This document shows, piece after piece, positions 8,336 to 19,442 of a stretch of 64,000 nt of DNA. A program made the position numbers and the translations under genes. The notes under the pieces are model-generated. The model was given only the letters and a program-made list of their open reading frames with translations. It did not search any database and was not told the DNA's origin. This DNA comes from an uncultured Anaerolineales bacterium (GTDB lineage: Bacteria; Chloroflexota; Anaerolineae; Anaerolineales; E44-bin32). Each line of letters opens with the position of its first letter. Position 1 is the stretch's first letter. Location: positions 16,074 to 80,073 of the forward strand of contig CBDAFF010000057.1 in the NCBI GenBank assembly GCA_965195195.1, in the 5' to 3' direction.

Positions 8336-10573
8336 ATGGCGATTGAAAATGATCCCGCGCGAGAACTCAAGACGTTAGCTGAAGTCGGACATTCGATCTC
8401 TTCAGCGGCATTCGACTCCCAAGAACTCGCTGAGGTCGCTTTTCTCGAGATCGCCAGGTTGATGGAAACTGATTTCTTTCAATTAGGTGTTTTCGAGGAT
8501 GATCACTACCGGACATTAATCTGGGTGAAGGATGGCAGCCGCCAGGAGAATCTCAGTTTCCAGATCGTACCGGATCAAGAGGGTCTGATTGGGTGGATCC
8601 GCCGGACGGGTCAACCGCTTCTGGTCAAAGACTTTCAATCTGAAGCAAATAGCCTTCCTGCTCTCCCCAGCTACGACGCTCCAGATCCTCCCCTCTCAGG
8701 CCTCTTCCTCCCTCTCGGGTCAGGCGACCTTGTTATTGGTGCACTCACGATCCAAAGCCGACGGAGCCATGCCTTCACAGAGCATGACTTAGATCTAATG
8801 CTCGTTATATCCAATCAACTAGCTCCGCTACTGACGAATCTACTTCTGCAATCAGAAACAGAAACGTTGTCAATCCAAATGCTGCTCATTCGCGAGATGT
8901 CAAGGATGTTGATCTCACTCGATCCAATCGCCCTACGCTTATCGAGGATCACGACATTGCTCACGCGGGTACTTGGGTACGAAAATGTAGAGATTCACGA
9001 AATCATCGATGGAGAGTTGATTTTAAGGGCATCTTCACGTGACGAACTGGGTCAAGCGGATGAGAGCGCTCTGCACTCCTGGCTGATTGAGCGGGTTGCA
9101 GAATCAGGAGAGCCGCTAAACACAGCCAATATGAACGCTCAGACTGAAGAAACTTCTATGCCTTCAGCATATGAATATGCTTTCCCTATGAAGGTTGTCA
9201 ATCGGATGTTTGGAGTACTTCACATTCAGTGCGTCGATTCAAGACGGCTCCCAATTGACCACAACGCCGTAATCGAGATGATCACGACCCAATTAGCTTT
9301 CGCCATCCTCGAAGCCCGGAATTACAACCAGCACCTGGAAGAGGCCTGGATTACCACTGTGCTACTCGAAGTCGCTCGCCATGCAGCGCGGCCTGGTGAA
9401 ACAATGTCAGCTTTACAGGCCGTTTTGCAGCTCTCTACATTGCTCACCGGCACGGATTGGACGATTTTGCTCCTTCCATATGACTCTCAAGGCGATATGT
9501 ACATTGGACCCATTGCTGGTTTACGACGTTCGGACATCTACAAACTTCACGACCTGCATATCCACGCGTCGGACTTGGGGATTTCACCACCCTATCGCGA
9601 GAGTCATGAACCTTTCCAGATCACTCTCCCCCCAGCTCTAGCGGAACCCCTCGCAACGGATGAGGCTTATTGTCTCGTCTTGAGCGCCGAACAGGAACTC
9701 CTCGGGTTACTCTTACTCAAGGGGCAGAAATTCTCAGGCAAACTTCCGGCACTCCTGGCAGGCATTGGCCACCAGCTTTCCCTACGCCTTGAAAACACGC
9801 GCTTGATTGATGAAGCCGCACACCAGCAATCACTTGAACGAGAATTGGCAATGGCTAAGAGCATACAGATCAGCTTCATGCCGAAGGAATTGCCTAACGT
9901 GGACGGCTGGGAGATCGGAGTGGACTGGCAGTCTGCGCATGAAGTTGGCGGTGATTTCTTCGACATCATTCCATTGCCAGATGGCGAAAATGGTCCGCGG
10001 TGGGGCATTGTGATTGCCGACGTCGCCGATAAGGGAATTCCTGCTGCTCTCTACATGGCTCTGTGCAAAACGCTGATCCACACGATCGCCCCTGAACATA
10101 TTGACCCCGCCCTTACGCTCGAGAAGGTCAATAACCTTCTGATTTCTGAAACCAATGCCGACCTCTTCGTGAGCGCTTTCTACACCATTTGGGAACCAGA
10201 GCTGGGCCGATTAGTCTACGCCAACGCCGGGCATAATCCACCTCTCCTTTTTGCACCGGAATCAGCCGGCAGCCTCATCCGCGACCATGGGATCGTCCTC
10301 GGAGTGGAGGCTGATGCAGAATATTCATCTTCAGTCATCGAAATGAAGCGGGGACAATTGCTCGTTCTTTACACTGATGGTGTGACGGAGGCATACGGCG
10401 GCGAACGTGGGATATTCGGTCTCTCGCGACTGAGAAATCTCGTATTGGGTCTCGATGATTGGGAGGCAAATCATGTTGTTGATGCGATTGTAAAACGAGT
10501 GATCCAGTTCCGCGGCCAACCTGATCTATCAGATGATCTAACTGTACTCACACTTCGTTATCAAAAGCGGTAA
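8336..10573 (+). CDS. GAF-domain-containing PP2C (SpoIIE/RsbU-type) serine phosphatase
   Basis: C-terminal PP2C motifs GGDFFD, IADVADKG, LYTDGVTEA and SDDLTVL. A long GAF-like sensor region (~500 aa) lies at the N-terminus. Confidence 0.8.
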   Translation: MAIENDPARELKTLAEVGHSISSAAFDSQELAEVAFLEIARLMETDFFQLGVFEDDHYRTLIWVKDGSRQENLSFQIVPDQEGLIGWIRRTGQPLLVKDFQSEANSLPALPSYDAPDPPLSGLFLPLGSGDLVIGALTIQSRRSHAFTEHDLDLMLVISNQLAPLLTNLLLQSETETLSIQMLLIREMSRMLISLDPIALRLSRITTLLTRVLGYENVEIHEIIDGELILRASSRDELGQADESALHSWLIERVAESGEPLNTANMNAQTEETSMPSAYEYAFPMKVVNRMFGVLHIQCVDSRRLPIDHNAVIEMITTQLAFAILEARNYNQHLEEAWITTVLLEVARHAARPGETMSALQAVLQLSTLLTGTDWTILLLPYDSQGDMYIGPIAGLRRSDIYKLHDLHIHASDLGISPPYRESHEPFQITLPPALAEPLATDEAYCLVLSAEQELLGLLLLKGQKFSGKLPALLAGIGHQLSLRLENTRLIDEAAHQQSLERELAMAKSIQISFMPKELPNVDGWEIGVDWQSAHEVGGDFFDIIPLPDGENGPRWGIVIADVADKGIPAALYMALCKTLIHTIAPEHIDPALTLEKVNNLLISETNADLFVSAFYTIWEPELGRLVYANAGHNPPLLFAPESAGSLIRDHGIVLGVEADAEYSSSVIEMKRGQLLVLYTDGVTEAYGGERGIFGLSRLRNLVLGLDDWEANHVVDAIVKRVIQFRGQPDLSDDLTVLTLRYQKR

Positions 10574-10600
10574 ATACTTTGAAAGATTCGAGGTAGTCAA

Positions 10601-11227
10601 ATGAAAAATGTTTTCTCATCTAAGCACCCTCTCGTCATGCATAAGTTAACCAAACTGCGTGATCAAAGGACAGAGCCGAAGAAATTCCGCGAACTGATCC
10701 GAGAGATCGCTGCTCTGCTCACCTATGAAGCAACCAGCGACTTGCTCATAACACCTCTACAAATCGAGACCCCGCTCGAGAGTACAGACGGGGGATCTCT
10801 GCAGCATAAGATCGGCCTGGTCCCGATCTTAAGGGCAGGGCTAGGTATGGCTGAGGGAGTCTGGGAACTTATGCCCTCAGCTGAGGTCTGGCATATCGGT
10901 TTGTACCGAGACGAAGAGACCCTCAAACCTGTAGAGTATTACAACAAGCTCCCGATCGAACCGACGGTTTCAGTATGTCTAATTCTCGATCCGATGCTCG
11001 CAACCGGTGGGTCTGTTATTGCGACTGTTGACATCCTGAAAGAATGGGGCGTAGAGAAGATCAAGTTCATCGGCGTGATCGCTTCGCCGGAGGGTATATC
11101 AGCGCTCCACGATAAACATCCCGATGTCAACATTCACCTCGCGGCCATCGATCGTGAGTTGAATGAACATGGATATATCCTCCCCGGTTTAGGGGACGCG
11201 GGTGATCGGCAATTCGGCACCGCTTGA
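10601..11227 (+). CDS. upp: uracil phosphoribosyltransferase
   Basis: 208 aa. [15 protein letters not shown] loop [11 protein letters not shown]-terminal [12 protein letters not shown]. Confidence 0.9.
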   Translation: MKNVFSSKHPLVMHKLTKLRDQRTEPKKFRELIREIAALLTYEATSDLLITPLQIETPLESTDGGSLQHKIGLVPILRAGLGMAEGVWELMPSAEVWHIGLYRDEETLKPVEYYNKLPIEPTVSVCLILDPMLATGGSVIATVDILKEWGVEKIKFIGVIASPEGISALHDKHPDVNIHLAAIDRELNEHGYILPGLGDAGDRQFGTA

Positions 11228-11375
11228 GTGTATTGGGAACACGATGGTCTTTCATGCCCCTTATTTAAGCGTGATAAGGGGTGGAAAACAATACACCGAC
11301 CCACAGATAGATGGTCGGCTCCAGAAGAAACCATCGACGTGCATTAAGAGCTCGTCGATGGTTAATTACTACTTA

Positions 11376-11410
11376 CACTCACCCTCAATCAACGGGTGAG
11401 TGGGTTTTTT
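11376..11410 (+). terminator. intrinsic terminator after upp, between convergent genes
   Basis: CACTCACCC-tcaatcaac-GGGTGAGTG followed by GGTTTTTT. Confidence 0.7.
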
Positions 11411-11420
11411 CCTCCAGAGG

Positions 11421-13085
11421 CTATTCTGGAAGCATTGTCGCTAACCCATGAAAATGTTCAGCTAACCACGGTTGTAACTCGTCCGACCGCTCGAGTACTT
11501 TTGTGATGATTCGCTCCGCGTTACCAAATTCGTCGAGCATGATGTGGTATTCAGCGAGTACGGCCAACGCCAGCGGGTTTCCAGGCTCCTCTTCCAAAAC
11601 GGGATTGATTATCTCCTGCGCTTCATCAAACGCGCCTATAAATAGACTCTGGCGCGCTCGGGCGATCGCAACCACTGGCCAATCCGCATTAAACTGTTCG
11701 ATCTTTTCAATCAATGGCCAAACATGTTCATCAGCAGAGCCAAGGAAGATGGCCTGTGTGAATTGTCCTTCAACGAGCCGGCTGCGCTCCACAGTGGGAG
11801 CGTGAACTTCAACCGCCCGCAGGAAGCTGTCTACAGATCGAGCGTAATCCTCTTCTTCCATGAAGAGATTGGCTGCCTTGAGAAATTCCTGGGCGGCAAG
11901 AATATCTCGCCCGTTCTCAACGAGCGACTCCGCGTGGCGAAATAGAGCATCTGGGCTTAACTGGTCCGGTTCACTCTGGATGCCCTCATCTATCACTTCA
12001 ACAGGTGGATTTGAACGATTCAGTTCCGGCGTCTCATTCTCACTATCAAGAGTGCCTAAAAATGCTATCAAACACCCTACGCTGATAAGCAGTCCAGCCA
12101 CGATCCAAGGCCATCGTTTTCGTGGGGGTTTTTCCTGCCCAACTGCATCCTTATCTCCATCGATTATGTCAATGGGGATGATGGGCGTGCTGGTCTCTTT
12201 CTCTGATCCATCCTCAGCAGCCGGTTGTAAAGCGATCGTTTCGAGAACTGCCCCCTCACCCTTCAGGACCGCTGTACGGAAAGCGATAACCAGCTGCTCC
12301 ACCGTCTCAAAGCGATCCTTTCGATCCTTTGCCAGTGACTTGAGAAGTACTCTCTCCACCACTTCTGGTACATTCGGGTTCACCGCGGAAGGAAGCGGCA
12401 AGGGTGTATATATATGGTCATGGATGATTGAGAAGGGTGTGTCAGCATTGAATGGAACCCGGCCGACGACCATTTCATAGAGAAGTACACCGAAGGAATA
12501 GATGTCCGTTCCTTGGTCCAGATCGCGCACCCCCTGCCCCTGTTCTGGAGAGATGTACTGGGGAGTGCCCAGCATAACATCTTTCGAAAGTGTCGATGCC
12601 CCTGCCTGTGCCATCCTCGCCAGGCCAAAATCAGCCAGGTAAATCGAACTATCAGGGCTTAAGAGAACGTTTGAGGGTTTAACATCTCGGTGCAGTACGC
12701 CTTGTTTATGAGCATAAGCCAAGGCACCGCCGACGTCATCGACAATTTGAACTGCTTCCTCCTTCGTTAGAGGTTTTTCATTCATATACGCTTTGAGAGT
12801 CTGGCCCTCGATGAATTTCATAACGAGATACGGCTGACCCTTATGTTCCGCAAAATCGTAGATTGGGACGATATTCGGGTGTTCTAAGCGTGCAACCACC
12901 CGCGCTTCACGCTGAAATCGGGAAAGAAAATTAGGTTCTTCTTTAAACGCGGGGTGGAGGACTTTTATCGCAACGTAGCGGTCCAAAGAAGCATGGTAGG
13001 CCTTAAATACCGTGGCCATCCCCCCCTGCCCTAACTGTTCGATGATTCGATACGGACCCACATTCTCACCGATGGCGAAACTCAT
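11421..13085 (-). CDS. Hanks-type Ser/Thr protein kinase with one TM helix and a helical-repeat (TPR-like) C-terminal domain
   Basis: GQGGMATVFKA...VAIK, HRDVKPSNVLL, DFGLA, GTPQYISPE. TM helix WPWIVAGLLISVGCLIAFLG. AGGAGG Shine-Dalgarno. Confidence 0.85.
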   Translation of the reverse strand: MSFAIGENVGPYRIIEQLGQGGMATVFKAYHASLDRYVAIKVLHPAFKEEPNFLSRFQREARVVARLEHPNIVPIYDFAEHKGQPYLVMKFIEGQTLKAYMNEKPLTKEEAVQIVDDVGGALAYAHKQGVLHRDVKPSNVLLSPDSSIYLADFGLARMAQAGASTLSKDVMLGTPQYISPEQGQGVRDLDQGTDIYSFGVLLYEMVVGRVPFNADTPFSIIHDHIYTPLPLPSAVNPNVPEVVERVLLKSLAKDRKDRFETVEQLVIAFRTAVLKGEGAVLETIALQPAAEDGSEKETSTPIIPIDIIDGDKDAVGQEKPPRKRWPWIVAGLLISVGCLIAFLGTLDSENETPELNRSNPPVEVIDEGIQSEPDQLSPDALFRHAESLVENGRDILAAQEFLKAANLFMEEEDYARSVDSFLRAVEVHAPTVERSRLVEGQFTQAIFLGSADEHVWPLIEKIEQFNADWPVVAIARARQSLFIGAFDEAQEIINPVLEEEPGNPLALAVLAEYHIMLDEFGNAERIITKVLERSDELQPWLAEHFHGLATMLPE

Positions 13086-13220
13086 CCGGCCTCCTTACCA
13101 AACATTGATTCATTATAGACGAGCGCCAGCAAGCGAACAATAAATTCATGTGAAATGTAAGTAAACTGTGAAGTGCCACCAATTGGACTCATTAGGACTA
13201 GAACGCGGTATTCCTAGATG

Positions 13221-13260
13221 AAAAATCAGCCACCTGAGCGTCTAGGCGCCCTGGTGGCTG
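13221..13260 (-). terminator. intrinsic terminator after pgk
   Basis: Minus strand reads CAGCCACC-(18-nt loop)-GGTGGCTG followed by ATTTTTC. Confidence 0.55.
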
Positions 13261-13284
13261 CACAATCACATGTAAATTCCTGTT

Positions 13285-14466
13285 TTATACTTCCTTATCA
13301 AGTAGAGCGTCGACACCGGGTAAAGTCTTCCCTTCCAAGAACTCGAGCGCTGCCCCACCGCCCGTCGATACATGACTTATACTGTCTGTCAATCCGGCCT
13401 GACGGATTGCCGCAGCAGAATCACCCCCGCCGACGATCGTAGTACCCCTACACTCAGCGACAGCGGACGCCAATGCCTGTGTCCCCCCGGCAAACGGTTC
13501 GAATTCAAATACACCCATTGGACCGTTCCAGACGACTAATCGTGCATCCTCGATCTCAGTACAGAAGACGCGAACAGTCTCAGGGCCAATATCCATCGCC
13601 CGCCACCTCTCGGGAATGGCCCCGACGGCAACGGATTTGTGCTCTGCCTTCTCGTCGAATTCAGCTGCTACAACCAAATCTAAAGGCAGGAGCAGACGAT
13701 CCCCCGCCCGGTCCAAAATCTCCGCGGCGGTCGTGACTGCATCTTCCTCCACCAAGGATTCGGCCATATCAAAACCTTGTGCAGCGAGAAATGTATTCGC
13801 CATCCCGCCTCCGATCAGCATGCGGTCCGCCATTTGAAGGAGGCGGTCAACCACGCCGATCTTATCCGAGATCTTCGCTCCGCCCAGGATGGCTACAAAC
13901 GGGTGCTCAGGCTCTGCCAGAGCTTCGCCGAGATATTGCAGCTCCTTTTGCATCAGGAACCCGGCCACTGCGGGCAGCTTATGCGCAACACCTACAGTTG
14001 ATGCGTGAGCCCGATGCGCCGAACCGAATGCATCGTTCACGTAAAGATCAGCCAGTGAAGCCAGTTCTATTGCGAACTCATCATCGTTCGTCTTCTCCTG
14101 TGGGTGAAATCGTGTGTTTTCCAGGAGGAGGACCTCGCCATTCTTGAGCCGCGAAGCTGCGGTTTTCGCTGCTTCTCCCACACAGTCCGGAGAGAAGGCG
14201 ACTTGCTTGCCGAGGAGGTTCGATAGGTGGTTGGCTACTGGGCGCAGAGATAGGGATTCGACAACCTGCCCCTTCGGTCGACCAAGGTGGGAGCAGAGAA
14301 TGATCCTCGCACCCTGGTTGATCAAATACTGGATGGTTGGTAAAGCGGCGCGTATACGTGTATCGTCTGCGATCCCGCCATCTTGCAGCGGGACGTTGAA
14401 ATCAACTCGGACCAGTACTTTTCGATCCTCGAACTCCAAATCGCGAATGGTTTTTTTGTTAAACAT
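13285..14466 (-). CDS. pgk: phosphoglycerate kinase
   Basis: [44 protein letters not shown]. Confidence 0.95.
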   Translation of the reverse strand: MFNKKTIRDLEFEDRKVLVRVDFNVPLQDGGIADDTRIRAALPTIQYLINQGARIILCSHLGRPKGQVVESLSLRPVANHLSNLLGKQVAFSPDCVGEAAKTAASRLKNGEVLLLENTRFHPQEKTNDDEFAIELASLADLYVNDAFGSAHRAHASTVGVAHKLPAVAGFLMQKELQYLGEALAEPEHPFVAILGGAKISDKIGVVDRLLQMADRMLIGGGMANTFLAAQGFDMAESLVEEDAVTTAAEILDRAGDRLLLPLDLVVAAEFDEKAEHKSVAVGAIPERWRAMDIGPETVRVFCTEIEDARLVVWNGPMGVFEFEPFAGGTQALASAVAECRGTTIVGGGDSAAAIRQAGLTDSISHVSTGGGAALEFLEGKTLPGVDALLDKEV

Positions 14467-14524
14467 CGCTCATCACAAATTACTGCGCCCCCAGACGGAG
14501 GCGCAGCCCTCAGTTAATTGTGGA

Positions 14525-15535
14525 TTAGAGTGACTTCGCTATTAGTGCCGCCAGGTCCGCCGTTCGGACGGAATAACCCCATTCATTGTCATACCATGCA
14601 AGGACTTTCGCCATGACACCATCCATCACGAAGGTGAATTGCGCGTCCACGATGCTCGAACGCGGGTCCATCTTGTAATCCATGCTCACGAGAGGGATCT
14701 CTGATAAACCCAATATGCCCTTCATTGGACCTTCGGCCGCTTTCCGGAAAGCACTCTGGAAAGCCTCAGTCGTGGTTTCTTTTTCGAGTGTAAGTGTGAG
14801 ATCTACAACCGAAACCGTTGGGGTAGGAACTCGCATCGCGAAGCCGTCGAATTTCCCATCGAGTTCAGGGATTACAAGCGCAACAGCTTTGGCCGCTCCA
14901 GTCGTCGTTGGGATGATATTCAGAGCCGCAGCTCGTGCCCGCCGCAGATCCTTGTGTGGCAGGTCGAGAATGCGCTGATCATTCGTATACGCATGTATTG
15001 TGGTCATGATTCCGCGTACGATCCCAAAGTTATCCTGAGCAACTTTCGCCGCCGGGGCGAGGCAGTTGGTCGTGCAGGAGGCATTCGAAATGATGTTGTG
15101 TTTCTCTGGATCGTAGGATTGGTCATTCACGCCCAGGACAACGGTCAAGTCAGGGTCTTTCGCTGGCGCGGTGATAATCACCTTCTTCGCACCCGCATCG
15201 AGGTGCTTGCTGGCATCGGGGCGACTGCGGAAGAGCCCCGTGCCCTCCACCACAATGTCTACCCCGAGGTCCTTCCATGGAAGCTGTGCGGGGTCTGGGA
15301 TGGAGAGTGCTTTGATGAAGTCACCGTTGATAACGAGTCCGTCGTTTTTAACCTCAACAGTGCCATCGTATTTGCCGTAGTTCGTGTCGTACATAAAAAG
15401 GTGTGCCATCGTTGGTAGATCGCCAAGGTCGTTAAAGGCGACGATGTCAAATTCCGCGCCGTACTCATCCTTCATGATTTTTACGACTTGGCGGCCAATG
15501 CGTCCAAACCCATTAATTCCAATCCGAGTTGCCAT
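14525..15535 (-). CDS. gap: type I glyceraldehyde-3-phosphate dehydrogenase
   Basis: INGFGRIGR, active site [20 protein letters not shown]. Confidence 0.95.
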   Translation of the reverse strand: MATRIGINGFGRIGRQVVKIMKDEYGAEFDIVAFNDLGDLPTMAHLFMYDTNYGKYDGTVEVKNDGLVINGDFIKALSIPDPAQLPWKDLGVDIVVEGTGLFRSRPDASKHLDAGAKKVIITAPAKDPDLTVVLGVNDQSYDPEKHNIISNASCTTNCLAPAAKVAQDNFGIVRGIMTTIHAYTNDQRILDLPHKDLRRARAAALNIIPTTTGAAKAVALVIPELDGKFDGFAMRVPTPTVSVVDLTLTLEKETTTEAFQSAFRKAAEGPMKGILGLSEIPLVSMDYKMDPRSSIVDAQFTFVMDGVMAKVLAWYDNEWGYSVRTADLAALIAKSL

Positions 15536-15564
15536 GTTTTTTCTCCTCTGTAAGTAAATGATTT

Positions 15565-16965
15565 TTACAAATAGACGTTAGCGCCATTCCCATCGACTGG
15601 TAAGAGCTCTAGCGGTCCAGTACGCTCTTCGAGCAAGGCGATCAGTATTTCCGCTAACACACGCTCGTCATGACGCGTGGGGTTAGCAGGATCGACCAGA
15701 TCAGCCACATATTGCGGCACGGGGCAGGATCCGTCTAATGTTGGATCTACCGCTTCGATCCCGTCTGGCAGTTTGATATCCAGATTGTTGTTCACGACCA
15801 CAAGATCAATTAGAGTCGATCCAATATGCGCTTCGATCGCCGCCAGGTGGTCACAGCAATCCAGATGGTCCGTCTCCCCCAATTGTGTAGCTACATTACA
15901 GACGAAGACCTTGAAAGCTTTACTAGCCTGAATTGCACTTTTAATCTCCGGTATGAGCAAGTTGGGAAGCACACTTGTGAACAGGCTCCCCGGTCCAATC
16001 ACGATCATATCCGCATTAAGAATCGCTTGCAGCGCGAGTGGGTAGGCACGGGGGTCGCTCGGCTCAATCTGTACTCTACGGATGCGACCTTTACCTTCTG
16101 TGATGCGGCTCTCCCCTTCAACACGGACAGCCTTTCCCGTTGGAGCCATCTCCTTGTCGGCTACAAGAACAATATCCTGCGCTGTTGAAGGAAGGACCTG
16201 GCCGCGAATCCCAAGAACCCGGCCAGCATCTAAGACCCCTTCCTGGAAACTCCCTGTAACCCCAGAAAGCGCCGCGATAAATAAATTCCCGAAAGAGTGA
16301 CCTTCAAGTTCCTCCCCCTCGCGGAATCGGTACTGAAATAAGTGTGTAAGCAACCCCTCGTCCGCCGACAAGGCTGCTAGGCAGGCACGGATGTCTCCCG
16401 GCGGGGGGATGTTTAGCGACCTACGGAGACGCCCGGATGAACCTCCATCATCGGCAACAGAGACAATTGCAGTGAGATTCGCGGTGTGTGCCTTCAAGCC
16501 TCGCAGAAGCGTTGAGAGTCCTGTACCACCGCCGATGGCGACGATTTTCGGTCCTCTCCCCAAGCGGCGATGGTTTGCCACAACCTCAACGACGGGCTTG
16601 CCCGGTCGGACATAGGGCGCGAGTAGCGCTCGATTCAAGCGGAAAGCCGCAAAAACCAGTATCCCTGTGCCGATACCTCCCAGGAGTATCGCCCGAATAT
16701 TGTGGGGGATCATACGTAAGCTTAATACCGCAAGCAGAGGGGAATCCGGGTTTGCCCAATAAAAATCTAGAATGATAACGGCTACGCCCAACCCTATTAG
16801 AGCTGTGCCTAAAACCATCAACGGCAGCCAACGTTTAACGCCTAATCCTGGCTCCAGCCAGCGAGCGAGAAGCCGCCACCCATGCCTAGAATTGCCGTTT
16901 GAACTCGTTTCGTTCGTCTTTGATCGCACGACTTCGACTATACCAGACGGACGTAGGAGCGTCAA
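15565..16965 (-). CDS. YvcK/CofD-family gluconeogenesis factor-like protein with an N-terminal membrane anchor
   Basis: [43 protein letters not shown]. About 130 aa of N-terminal extension carries two hydrophobic helices. The longest ORF starts at a TTG, so the start is uncertain. Confidence 0.8.
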   Translation of the reverse strand: MTLLRPSGIVEVVRSKTNETSSNGNSRHGWRLLARWLEPGLGVKRWLPLMVLGTALIGLGVAVIILDFYWANPDSPLLAVLSLRMIPHNIRAILLGGIGTGILVFAAFRLNRALLAPYVRPGKPVVEVVANHRRLGRGPKIVAIGGGTGLSTLLRGLKAHTANLTAIVSVADDGGSSGRLRRSLNIPPPGDIRACLAALSADEGLLTHLFQYRFREGEELEGHSFGNLFIAALSGVTGSFQEGVLDAGRVLGIRGQVLPSTAQDIVLVADKEMAPTGKAVRVEGESRITEGKGRIRRVQIEPSDPRAYPLALQAILNADMIVIGPGSLFTSVLPNLLIPEIKSAIQASKAFKVFVCNVATQLGETDHLDCCDHLAAIEAHIGSTLIDLVVVNNNLDIKLPDGIEAVDPTLDGSCPVPQYVADLVDPANPTRHDERVLAEILIALLEERTGPLELLPVDGNGANVYL

Positions 16966-17048
16966 CGAGAATAAGAAGCTGATAGGTTTTCATGATGGTT
17001 TTAATATGTATAATATAGGCACGATACCCTACAAAAGGAGGACGGCCC

Positions 17049-18152
17049 ATGGCCAGCGTAACGTACGATAAAGTTAGTAAGCACTTCGGAGATGTCGTTG
17101 CTGTTAACACTATGGATATTCAAGTTGAGGACAAGGAATTCCTCGTGCTCGTTGGGCCGTCTGGTTGCGGGAAAACCACGGCCCTTCGATTGCTAGCTGG
17201 GTTGGAGGAGATCACTGAGGGAGAGATCCTTATTGGAGATCGAATCGTCAATGACATTGCACCGAAAGATCGCGACATTGCGATGGTTTTCCAATCCTAT
17301 GCGCTCTACCCGCACATGTCTGTCTACGACAACATGGCCTTCGGTTTAAAGCTGCGTAAAACCCCCAAGGAAGACATTAAGCGGCGCGTCCAAAATGCTG
17401 CCGATATTCTCGACATCGGCCATCTCTTGGACCGCAAACCACGTCAGCTTTCCGGTGGGCAACGACAGCGCGTTGCTGTCGGACGGGCGATCGTGCGAGA
17501 ACCGGCAGTATTCCTCTTCGATGAACCGCTTTCGAATCTTGATGCGAAGTTGCGCGTTCAGATGAGGGCCGAGATTTCCCGCCTACATAAACGCCTTGAA
17601 ACGACTTTTATTTACGTCACGCACGATCAGGTTGAGGCCATGACTATGGCGACGCGGATCGCCGTGATGAAGGACGGCATCCTGCAGCAGATCGAGTCAC
17701 CGCAGAATCTTTATGACCTCCCGCATAACGCCTTCGTTGCCGGTTTCATCGGATCGCCGGCGATGAATTTCTTTAACGCCAAGCTCGAACGTGCGAACGG
17801 CGAATTAATAGTTGATGCAGGATCATTCAAGGTACCCGTACCTGCGAGTAAAACCGATGTGTGTCAGGCACACACAGGGAAGGAAGTTATCTTTGGTATC
17901 CGACCTGATGACATCCATGATCCCGACTTCACACCTCCCGGCATTGAGACCGCGCCGGTCGAAGTTAAGGTAGATGTGACAGAACGCATGGGGAACGAGA
18001 TTTTCGCCTACCTTCTCGTTGGAGAGGATAACTTTGTCGGGCGGATTGATCCACGCACAAAGTACAAAACAGGGGATCAGGCTCAGATTGTGCTAAACAT
18101 GGACAACATGCATCTCTTCGAAACAGATGGGGAGAAGCTCCGGATCCAATAA
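17049..18152 (+). CDS. sugar-type ABC transporter ATP-binding protein (MalK/UgpC/MsiK-like) with no adjacent permease
   Basis: Walker A GPSGCGKTT, signature LSGGQRQR, Walker B FLFDEPLSNLD, plus a MalK-type C-terminal regulatory domain. AGGAGG Shine-Dalgarno. Confidence 0.9.
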   Translation: MASVTYDKVSKHFGDVVAVNTMDIQVEDKEFLVLVGPSGCGKTTALRLLAGLEEITEGEILIGDRIVNDIAPKDRDIAMVFQSYALYPHMSVYDNMAFGLKLRKTPKEDIKRRVQNAADILDIGHLLDRKPRQLSGGQRQRVAVGRAIVREPAVFLFDEPLSNLDAKLRVQMRAEISRLHKRLETTFIYVTHDQVEAMTMATRIAVMKDGILQQIESPQNLYDLPHNAFVAGFIGSPAMNFFNAKLERANGELIVDAGSFKVPVPASKTDVCQAHTGKEVIFGIRPDDIHDPDFTPPGIETAPVEVKVDVTERMGNEIFAYLLVGEDNFVGRIDPRTKYKTGDQAQIVLNMDNMHLFETDGEKLRIQ

Positions 18153-18171
18153 TCACTGAATGTGAATAAAT

Positions 18172-18205
18172 AAAGCCCCGTCTGCTCCAGAGCGGGGCTT
18201 TATCA
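18172..18205 (+). terminator. intrinsic terminator after the ABC ATPase gene
   Basis: AAAGCCCCG-tctgctccagag-CGGGGCTTT followed by ATCAT. Confidence 0.6.
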
Positions 18206-18217
18206 TATCACCAGCGG

Positions 18218-19438
18218 GTGAAGCTCATGGCAGATTTCGATTTATTACGCGAATTACAGCACAAGAACACATCTAAGATCGTCCTGCTTATCATGGACGG
18301 CCTGGGAGGCATACCGTTCGAACCTGGTGGTCAATCGGCATTGGAAGCAGCGAAGACTCCAAACTTAGATCGACTCGCCAAGGAGGGAACTCTCGGTCAG
18401 ATCGTCCCGATCCGACCAGGCATCACTCCCGGATCAGGACCTGCCCATCTGGCGCTCTTCGGATATGATCCACTGGCATACGAAGTCGGGCGTGGTGTAC
18501 TGGAAGCCACCGGGATTGGAATGGAGATTGGGGTCGAAGATGTCGCCGCGCGGGGCAATTTCTGCACCCTGGATTCAAACGGCAATATCAGCGACCGAAG
18601 AGCCGGTCGAATCTCCTCTGACGACGCGATACCATTGGTCCAGAAGCTTGATGAAATCGAGCTCCCGGGTGTATCGCTTGATGTACGTCATGTGCGTGAA
18701 TATCGCTTCGCGGTGGCGATGCGCGGCGCTGATCTAAACCCCGAAATCGCGGATACCGATCCTCAAGCCACTGGAGTCCCACCGCTCTCCGCTCTTGCTG
18801 AAAAACCCTCTTCGGAGAAAACCGCTGAGCACTTCAATCGTTGGATCGAACGGGCTGAGGAAGTACTATCTGCCGAGGGAAAAGCGAATGGATTGACACT
18901 GCGCGGTTTCTCAAGCGATCCTCGTTTGCCGCAGTTCACCGAAATCTACGGTCTCCGCTCAGCCTGTATCGCAGTCTATCCCATGTATCGAGGCGTCTCC
19001 CGCCTGGTAGGAATGGATGTGATCTCCTTTGACGGCGACTCGCCCAAACAGGAATTTGAGACAGCGGTGAGTCATTGGGATTCATTCGACTTCTTCTTTA
19101 TCCATATCAAGAAGACTGATTCCAGCGGGGAAGATGGAGATATCCAGAAGAAAGCCAAAGTCATTGAAGACGTGGATAAAGCTCTGCCGACTCTGCTTAA
19201 CCTAAACCCCGATGTGATTGCAGTGACCGGAGATCACTCCACACCGGCTAAACTTAAGACCCATTCCTGGCATCCAGTCCCGTTCCTGTTGTGGGCACCA
19301 GATACAGTTCGAATGGACTCGCAGGATGCTTTTGGTGAGCGATCTTGCCAACTAGGAGGTTTGGGGACCTTCCCCGCCACAGACATCATGCCCCAACTGA
19401 TGGCGCATGCCAAGAGGCTGCGGAAATTCGGAGCGTAG
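18218..19438 (+). CDS. apgM: cofactor-independent phosphoglycerate mutase, archaeal type (ApgM family)
   Basis: ~400 aa. LLIMDGLGG near the N-terminus, C-terminal VTGDHSTP. Length and layout match the apgM/metalloenzyme family. The start is the GTG at 18218 or the ATG at 18227. Confidence 0.75.
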   Translation: MKLMADFDLLRELQHKNTSKIVLLIMDGLGGIPFEPGGQSALEAAKTPNLDRLAKEGTLGQIVPIRPGITPGSGPAHLALFGYDPLAYEVGRGVLEATGIGMEIGVEDVAARGNFCTLDSNGNISDRRAGRISSDDAIPLVQKLDEIELPGVSLDVRHVREYRFAVAMRGADLNPEIADTDPQATGVPPLSALAEKPSSEKTAEHFNRWIERAEEVLSAEGKANGLTLRGFSSDPRLPQFTEIYGLRSACIAVYPMYRGVSRLVGMDVISFDGDSPKQEFETAVSHWDSFDFFFIHIKKTDSSGEDGDIQKKAKVIEDVDKALPTLLNLNPDVIAVTGDHSTPAKLKTHSWHPVPFLLWAPDTVRMDSQDAFGERSCQLGGLGTFPATDIMPQLMAHAKRLRKFGA

Positions 19439-19442
19439 TGCC

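Noticed and set aside
11860-12480. 206-aa plus-strand ORF antisense to the Ser/Thr kinase. Similar long antisense ORFs occur at 24301-24762, 30241-30657, 30639-31100, 38561-39073, 44676-45113, 47520-48098, 49548-50060 and 62987-63673.
   Set aside because: Each lies fully inside a gene with strong family motifs on the opposite strand. They are Ser/Arg/Pro-rich, lack a Shine-Dalgarno, and show the usual frame -1/-3 open-frame artefact of moderately GC-rich coding DNA.
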